64,000 bases of DNA from Macrostomum lignano (Eukaryota): the NCBI GenBank assembly GCA_002269645.1, contig NIVC01001310.1, positions 186,001-250,000 on the forward strand. The letters run 5' to 3'. This document shows, piece after piece, positions 39,007-48,184 of the stretch. Made by a program: the position numbers and the translations under genes. The notes under the pieces are model-generated. The model was not told where the DNA came from, made no database searches, and saw nothing but the letters and a program-made list of their open reading frames with translations. The first letter of the stretch is position 1; every line of letters begins with the position of its first letter.

Positions 39007-39007
39007 T

Positions 39008-39042
<35 letters not shown>

Positions 39043-39193
39043 TTCTGTCTGTCTGTCTGTCTGTCTGTCTTTGTGTCTGTCTGTCTGTCCGTCTGTCTGT
39101 CTTTGTGTCTGTCTGTCTGTCCGTCTATCTATCTATCTGTCTGTCTCTCTGTCTGTCTTTCTGAGTGTCAGTCTGTCTGTCTGTCTGTCTTAA

Positions 39194-39246
<53 letters not shown>

Positions 39247-42200
39247 TAGTGTCTGTCTGTCTGTCTTTGCAATGCACATGCAAATCAATTTATTTCTCCG
39301 AAGTCTTGATTTTTACAGCAAAATCCGCCCCCTCAGGTTGTTAAGCAAGATTTTGCTGCGGTATATTCCAATAAATTGCTGATTGCTAAGCACGTATGGT
39401 CAGCATTCTCATCCGCTATCTTTGCATGTTATATTCATTTGGGTGAATAGATAATGTATGAGCCAAAGGATGTGACTCTAAATATGATATATCATATGCA
39501 GTCATACAGTTGGATTTCAGACTCCGTACGACAATCTCGTTTTATTAATAGTGCGCGATTAGTTGAGATAAGTAACAAGTTGATTTATCTGAATAAAATT
39601 TATAAGCTTGAATCGGAATGTAAAAATTGTTTATTTGTTAATGGAATGTAATGTAACGGTCGCTCAAGCTTCGGTTTCCTGTTCCTCGTTCTGCTCGGGC
39701 TCGCCAGTGCTCTGCTCATTCGGGTTGCATCCAAAATTAAATGACACCATGCTGTTGCTGTTATTGCTGCTTCGGCTGCCGCAACAATCTTGCCTCCGTC
39801 TGTGCTGCTGCAACAATTGTCTTGACCGATAGTGCAATGGACTGTCAGTAGCTACTGCATAGATACTATCAGTGTTATCCAGCATTGATTCGCAGGCCGC
39901 GTCAGTTACTGAACGGTGCTGGTGCAACTGTCGATGACGGAGCTGGCATTGCTGTTGGAGTCGCTGCTGCTGCTGTTGTTGTCGCTGTTGTTCTTGGTTA
40001 TTCTGGCTCAACTTCTGTCGCATTATCGCATAGCCTGCTTGAACTTCTCGCATTCGCAGCGACAACACAACTGGATTTAACACCGTATAGCCGAGAGCCA
40101 AAGCGGCTAGATAAGGCATGAAGTACATGATGAACTCCAGGTCCGATTGAGTGCTATCTGTGCTGTTTGTCCTGGCTTGAATAGTGACGACGATTGAATA
40201 AAATTCGCCAATCATGTAGGGCAGCACTGTAGCGTTGAATCCGACAAACAATAGCAAAATAGTGACTGCGCCGCGCTTCTTGGCTCGCGAACCGCTGATG
40301 CTGCAGTGTCTGCGAATTCCGCTTCCTCTGTCGCTGTTACTGCCGCTAGTGCAGGCGCTAGAATGTTCGCAAGTCAGATTGCCGTTGCGTCGAGTCCGGC
40401 GCTTCAATTTGCGATAGATTTTTGACAGGCTGATTGTGATGAACAGCACGGACAGGGCTAGCACGGCCACCAGTATGCAGTCGCTGATGTAGAAACGGCT
40501 TAGCAGGAAATCTTTGCTTTTTAGTGGAGGCGGAGGCTGCGTTGGCGGAGGCTGGCGAGTGGGCTGTCGAGTGGGCAAAGGCGGCAGAGTCGGATATAGC
40601 GGCAGTCGAAACGGTACGAACAATGACGCATTTAGTAAAAAGTTATCGTTCGTTTTGCTTTGATTAAATACCGTCAGGATTTGTTTGAACAATGTAAAGT
40701 TTCCTTGAATGGTTTGAAAGTTTTTCGGCGTACTTTTGCATTGCGGTTTCTGCTTCTGTCCAATACCGATTATTAGGTGGCTAATTGAGCTGGCGCTACC
40801 CAGAAGAATGCCGACAAACCATTTGATGCAAATTAGCGCTCGAACTCGTCTCTTGCTGCAGACCACTCGGTAGCGAATCGAATGCATCACGGCCACGTAC
40901 AGATCAAAACAGAGAGCGTTCAGTCCTAGCAGTGTCAGAATGATGCCCACATACTTGACATCTCGCATTAGAACTTGGGTTTTAGATAGGCAATCAATGC
41001 CTGAGACAGCATATTCATTGAATAGTGTATGCAGTACACTACCAGCCACAGTCACAATGCCCCCTAGAGACAGGCTGATCACTAGGTAAGCCTTAGTGCT
41101 TAGCTGGTGCCTGTTCAACAGCAGGGCAACCAGTGTGGCACTGTTCACTACCAAACCGAGTGCCGCAGCTGTCAGCGTGACAATATCGTTTACTAGTAGT
41201 TCCTTTGTCATCCTCGAGTACCTTGGCCAGCCAGTTGATCTGCAACAGAAATAGAGATGGCTAATTCAGTCAATATGAACTTCTTGTTGCAATCATGTCT
41301 CGATTCTTACTAGACTAAGTTAACGAACTAAAGCTGGCACTATACTTCCGACAGCTGAATTTAACCTTTGGTGTACTCTTTAGTACGCTTGGTTGCCTTA
41401 GAAGTATTTTTACACACCTCTTATCTTTTGGCCGGAAATTTAAGTCTCCATACACTGTCTGGTTCGATTTCTTCAATTCGGAATCAAGAGGGTTTTAGAG
41501 TTCGAGTCGCTTCGTACGCTCGTAAGTGCACTAGCACCACTCAGTCACGTAATGTCTTGTCTTGAGAAAGACGTCTTCAGTGACAGTGAAGAAGATTCAG
41601 TGACATAGGCAAACTACGAGCTATATGCTTGATTGATTAAAATCTATCTATAGAATTGGCACCTGACAAGCCTCTGCTCATTATGAATGTTAGTAATCAA
41701 CAATCAATCACTCACCGCGCGGATAGCGTTCCTACAATCTACCGAGTCTTAATCAAATGTCTATCGGACCTTGTCGTTGTCAGCAAGACGATTCGATCCG
41801 GAAAGATCGGTGGGCTTTTGCTTACTTTTAAAAATAAAGTAGTGATAAACTGACTTGTGAAAAACAGAAGCAAAAGGCAAGGTAGTATAGTTTGAAAGCA
41901 CCAAAGCACCGGAGCTTTAAGCAACTGACTGATGAAAGCTGCACCAACGCTTTTACACGAACTAGCGCAGTTCTATCTTCCATCAACTGCTTTTTTCTAC
42001 CTCAATTTGACTGTCATTGGCTGTGACTGGCAAGATGGCGAGTCAAGGATACGCGGCTACTGGTCCTCATCTCTGCTGCGCCTCAGCTGCCTGCTGTTGG
42101 ATTCTTTCAACCTCTCTATCTCTCTTTCTCCCCACTGACTCGTCGCTTGAGAAGGGAAAGGGTGTTGCTGAAAAGCTGCTTCCTCCTCTTCACTTTTAGA

Positions 42201-42769
42201 AGCTTCTGTCTTAGGCAGTACAATAAAGCCGGCTATGTTTCTATAAGGATTGCGCATGACCATGTATTAAATTATCCTAGGCTCCTAGCTGCCAGCTGAA
42301 AAAATTCTATGCAAAAAGCTAGCCAATTTCCTCAAACCGCAATAACCGTACGTACAACTTATTATTTTCACTTGCACAGGCCTAAGGTAATGAGAATTTT
42401 TCTATTTTGATTATAAGAAACCCTCAAATGACAAATTTCACTGGCAGTATATTCGTGGCAATCAGTAGTCGTAAACCGGAGGGACAATGCATATTGAATA
42501 CTCGATAATTTCCCTAATGGACTTGAGATTCTCTGATTAAAACAATGTATAGCAGCAGTTTTCGTGTACTCTAGGGAACAGACAAAAAACTTTTACTAAC
42601 ATTGTCTACTACAAAATAGTCTGACAGTCGTGCTATATTAAAGCATTTTTAAAACAGTCTGTCTACTTTTACCAAGTCACGAGTTTCTAGGTAATATCTG
42701 CATTCAATAAATGGTTTTTCATTTTTGCAATAAAATACCTGTAGGTTGATCTTTCTATCTATCTATCTG

Positions 42770-42851
<82 letters not shown>

Positions 42852-42929
42852 CACCTATCTATCTATCTATCTATCTATTTATCTATCTATCTATCTACCC
42901 ACCTATCTAATTTATCTATCTATCTATCC

Positions 42930-42964
<35 letters not shown>

Positions 42965-43719
42965 CACTTATCCACCTATCTATCTATCCATCTATCCACC
43001 TATCTAATTTATCTATTTATCTATCTATCTATCTATCCACCTATCCACTTATCTAATCTATCTATCTATCTATCCACCTATCCACCTATCTAATCTATCT
43101 ATCTATCTATAGTACTCAGTGTTCTAGACTCGATGGAGTAACCGGAGTTTTTGCCCGTCTTCCCCCCGCTACATGATTATCTATCTAGCGAGTTTCTATA
43201 CGCTGCATTTTCTGACTACATTATTTTCCAAGCTGAGGTGAAAAGGCTAATGATTACAATGCCCGATGCCTAGATTCCATGATTTAAGGTGTAAGACAGA
43301 TTTAAGGTTTCTCGTACTGCTTTAAAAGAATTAAAATTTTAGCTTGAGTTCAATATTTTACTGCACGTTGTATTTTGTACTTCCAGTCTTAGTCTAGGAT
43401 TAGTGTATATGCTTGAATATTATAGTTAATATATTTATTTTTATGGGTATCGACTGCGTAGCTTTTGTTAGAGCCATGCTGCTTTTTAACTATTATTATG
43501 GCGAGCCTTGTCTGCCATCTTAGTTGCGTCTAAGTTGCGTCTTAGCTGCCACCTTGTCTGTCTATCTAATTTTACCTAAAACTGACTGTATCTAGCCTGG
43601 GAAAATTTGTACCTGCTGTGGCAACCGCTTTGGTCACATGAGTTCGCTGTCTGCCTAGCTGTCTGTCTGTCTGCCTGCCTGTCTGTCTGTCTGTCTGCCT
43701 GCCTGTCTGTCTGTCTGCC

Positions 43720-43756
<37 letters not shown>

Positions 43757-43803
43757 GCCTGCCTGTCTGTCTGTCTGTCTGCCTGCCTGTCTGTCTGTCT
43801 GCC

Positions 43804-43836
<33 letters not shown>

Positions 43837-43859
43837 GCCTGCCTGTCTGTCTGTCTGCC

Positions 43860-43892
<33 letters not shown>

Positions 43893-43931
43893 GCCTGCCT
43901 GCCTGTTTGTCTGTCTGCCTGTCTCTGTCGC

Positions 43932-43962
<31 letters not shown>

Positions 43963-44016
43963 CGTAGCTGTCTGCCTGTCTGTCTGTCTGTCTGCCTAGC
44001 TGTCTGTCTGCCTGCC

Positions 44017-44049
<33 letters not shown>

Positions 44050-44155
44050 GCCTGTCTGTCTGTCTGTCTGCCTAGCTGTCTGTCTGTCTGCCTGTCTGTC
44101 TGTCTGTCTGCCTGTCTGTCTCTCTGTCTGCCTAGCTGTCTGTCTGTCTGTCTGC

Positions 44156-44186
<31 letters not shown>

Positions 44187-47100
44187 CCTAGCTGTCTGCC
44201 TGTCTGTCTGTCTGTCTGTCTGCCTAGCTGTCTGCCTGCCTGTCTGTCTGTCTGTCTGTCTGTCTGTCTGCCTAGCTGTCTGTCTGTCTGCCTGTCTGTC
44301 TCTCTGTCTGCCTAGCTGTCTGTCTGTCTGTCTGCCTGTCTGTCTGTCTGTCCGTCTGCCTAGCTGTCTGCCTGTCTGTCTGTCTGTCTGTCTGCCTAGC
44401 TGTCTGTCTGCCTGCCTGCCTGTCTGTCTGTCTGTCTGTCTGTCTGCCTAGCTGTCTGTCTGTCTGCCTGTCTGCCTGTCTGTCTGTCTCTCTGTCTGCC
44501 TAGCTGTCTGTCTCTCTGTCTGCCTGCCTGTCTGTCTGTCTGTCTGTCCGTCTGCCTGTCTGTCTGTCTGTCTGCCTGTCTGTCTTTCCGTCTGTCTGTC
44601 TGCCTAGCTGTCTGTCTGCCTGTCTGTCTGTCTTTTTCTTTTTGTCTGCCTGTCTACTTGTCTGCCTACCAGATTTTTTTTAATCAGTACGATTAGATAA
44701 AGCAATTTTCTATTTAAATAAAATCGCTGATTGCAGCAAAACAATTCAAATTGGAAATGCATTGCTGCTGTGCAATCATTGGCACGGGAAAGGACGCTTA
44801 TAAGGCATGCCACACAGCTGTACTGAACCTCAGCTGATTGCCTGTCTACACCGCCATCCGCCAAATCATGCAGCCACTTCCCACCACAATCTCATCCCAC
44901 TTCCCTTCCCGAAGGATTTCTTCTTAAAGAAGACGAAAACTCGACATTGCAAGGGGTAGCTTTTTATGGACTTTGTTTGATCAGCTGGGGTAGCAGGGCA
45001 GGGCTTAAACTAAATCTTGGAGAGTAGAGTCCTGCCACCATCTCTGCAGACACCCCCGGCTCTTTCCCGCACAATTCCCCGCGCGCTCCCTGCTCGCTGA
45101 ACCGAATGTGACACGCAAAGCCGCTTCATCAGCAAGTTTCTTCTCTGCGTTTCCTTATCTTCTCCTAGAAGAGAGTGCCTCCGTGCGCGTGTTAGAGTTG
45201 AGAAAAACCAGTGCCTGACTTGGCTATGAAAAAAACTTGTTTTGCTTTCTTTTTAATAAATTCATCCCAACTGCCACAATCTGAATGCTATTGTATAAAA
45301 TAAGTCATCATATGCAGAATGATATCAAATTGCCGCTTTGTACTCGCCTGTATAGCAAGATATCTAATTGTACATTCTAGTGGACGGCCGGCCCAATTGC
45401 TTGTCTCACACCTAGCTTTTATCTGATAAACTTTCCACTCTGCCCCACCCCACTCCACTCTTCCCCACCCGCTTCACTCTGCTCCACCCCACTACACTCT
45501 GCCCACTCCACTCTGCCCACTCCACTCTGCCCACTCCACTCTGCCCTACCCCAGTCCACTCTGCCCCACCCCACTCCTCTGCCCACCCCACTCCAATCTG
45601 CCCCACCCCACTCTAATCTGCCTCACCTCACTCCAATCTACCCCATCCCACTCCAATCTGCCCCACCCCACTCTAATCTGCCTCACCTCACTCCAATCTA
45701 CCCCATCCCACTCCTCTCTGCTCCACCCCACTCCACTCTGTCCTACCCCACTCCACTCTGTCCCACCCCACTCCTCTGCCCACCCCACTCCACTCTGCCC
45801 CACCCCACTCCTCTCTTCCCCACCCCACTTCTCTGCCCACCCTAGTCCAATCTGCTCCGCCCCACTCCTCTGCGCATCCCACTCCCCTCTCGTATGTCAG
45901 TCCACCCCGGTCTAACAGTAGTCTTATCCATGCCTGAAGAAATCTGACAACACAAGTACTTATAAAACACAAAAGTCTTACCCGATAATCTTCAACTCAT
46001 GCAGCGCCTATCGACAGCCTGGGCGAGCGAGCTGAAAAATTCCGGTCAAATGGAGTGGTGTGGACTGGTGAACTACCAAGCGGGCCTGTACACCGAGGCT
46101 GCAGAAGCCTTCAAGGCCGCATTGTGCCCGGAGATGTGGCTGGCCGCCGCATTGCTGGCTGCTGCGGCCGGTAGCAACGTTCTGGAGAAGGAGGCTCACG
46201 GAATGGCAGGTGAGAGCTGCTGGGATAGTGTGGGATCTGTGTTGGGATAGTGTGGTTTCTATATTGGAACAGTGTGGTATCTATATTGGGGCAGTGCGGT
46301 ATCTCTATTGGGGCAGTGCGGTATCTATATTGGGGAAGTGTGGTATCTATATTGGGTCAGTGTGGTATCTATATTGGAGCAGTGTGGTATCTATATTGGG
46401 GCAGTGCGGTATCTATATTGGGGCAGTGCGGTATCTATATTGGGGCAGTGTGGTATCTATATTGGGGCAATGCGATATCTATATTGGGGAAGTGTGGTAT
46501 CTATATTGGGTCAGTGTGGTATCTATATTGGGGCAATGCGATATCTATATTGGGGAAGTGTGGTATCTATATTGGGTCAGTGTGGTATCTATATTGGGGC
46601 AATGCGATATCTATATTGGGGAAGTGTGGTATCTATATTGGGTCAGTGTGGTATCTATATTGGAGCAGTGTGGTATCTATATTGGGGCAGTGTGGTATCT
46701 ATATTGGGGAAGTGTGGTATCTATATTGGGGCAGTGTGGTATTTATATTGGGGCAATGCGATATCTATATTGGGGCAGTGTGGTATCTATATTGGGGCAG
46801 TGTGGTATCTATATTGGGGAAGTGTGGTATCTATATTGGGGCAGTGTGGTATCTATATTGGGGCAATGCGATATCTATATTGGGGCAGTGTGGTATCTAT
46901 ATTGGGGCAATGCGATATCTATATTGGGGCAGTGTGGTATCTATATTGGGGCAATGCGATTTCTATATTGGGGCAGTGTGGTATCTATATTGGGGCAGTG
47001 TGGTATCTATATTGGGTCAGTGTGGTATCTATATTGGAGCAGTGTGGTATCTATATTGGGGCAGTGCGGTATCTATATTGGGGCAGTGCGGTATCTATAT

Positions 47101-47925
47101 TGGGGCAGTGTGGTATCTATATTGGGCAGTGTGGTATCCATATTGTGTGCTCAGATGCGTCAGTGCTCTCGGTCCCAACTGCATATATATAATCTAATCA
47201 AATACTTTCCCAGATATGCTTACAAGGACTTAGCTGTACTTTTCCCGCACTGCACTTTTCCAGCCCGACTTTGCGAGGCCGGTCGGCATGCCGACGCGGT
47301 ACTGCTGTTGAGCTCGCTCAGGCCCGACCCGGCTGCTCCAGTGAGTGGGTCCGCAAATATTTTAGGGAGTTTAATCCCAGTTCGCTCGGTAGCAGCGCAT
47401 TTGCCTTTTTTCGTAGGCGACAGGTTTTTTCTCTTGGAATTTTCCGAGTGGAAATCTCTGGAATTATCTCTCTAAAAGCCATCAAGTCATTCCAACATCT
47501 CTAAGTCACCTGCTGATCGTTAATCAAGCCGTGTGTGGTCTTTACTTAGCGTCAAATCTGACTGCAATTTGAACCTATTATCTGTATGTCTTTGCCGTTT
47601 AATTAAGCCGATCAAGCGCAGGTGTTTCTGCATACTTAACCCGATTGCTCCATTTTACTGAACTTAAAATTTTCCCCCAAATATCATCTTGGACACCGGT
47701 CCATTAGTGACACCCAGCTATTAAGTAGCGCTTCGCTGCAGGCTGTTAACTTAGCTATTAATTAATTTACCAGGTAGCGATCACCGGCCCTTCAGCGTTT
47801 TCAGCGGCCTTGGATGGCTGCCTTTGGCAACGGTGCGAACTCTTGGTAAGTCAACAACCCTTGGATGACTCAGCAAAAGCGTATTGCGTGCTTTGGAAAT
47901 GCTTAGAAAGCAGTGACTAACGCCG

Positions 47926-47989
<64 letters not shown>

Positions 47990-47990
47990 G

Positions 47991-48022
<32 letters not shown>

Positions 48023-48041
48023 GTACTACTACTACTACTAG

Positions 48042-48079
<38 letters not shown>

Positions 48080-48152
48080 GTACTACTACTACTAGTACTA
48101 CTACTACTACTAGTACTACTACTACTACTACTACTACTAGTACTACTACTAG

Positions 48153-48184
<32 letters not shown>

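Noticed and set aside
46210-47475. Three long overlapping W/Y/G-rich ORFs
   Set aside because: Translations of a 22-bp minisatellite; only 47264-47340 is coding.
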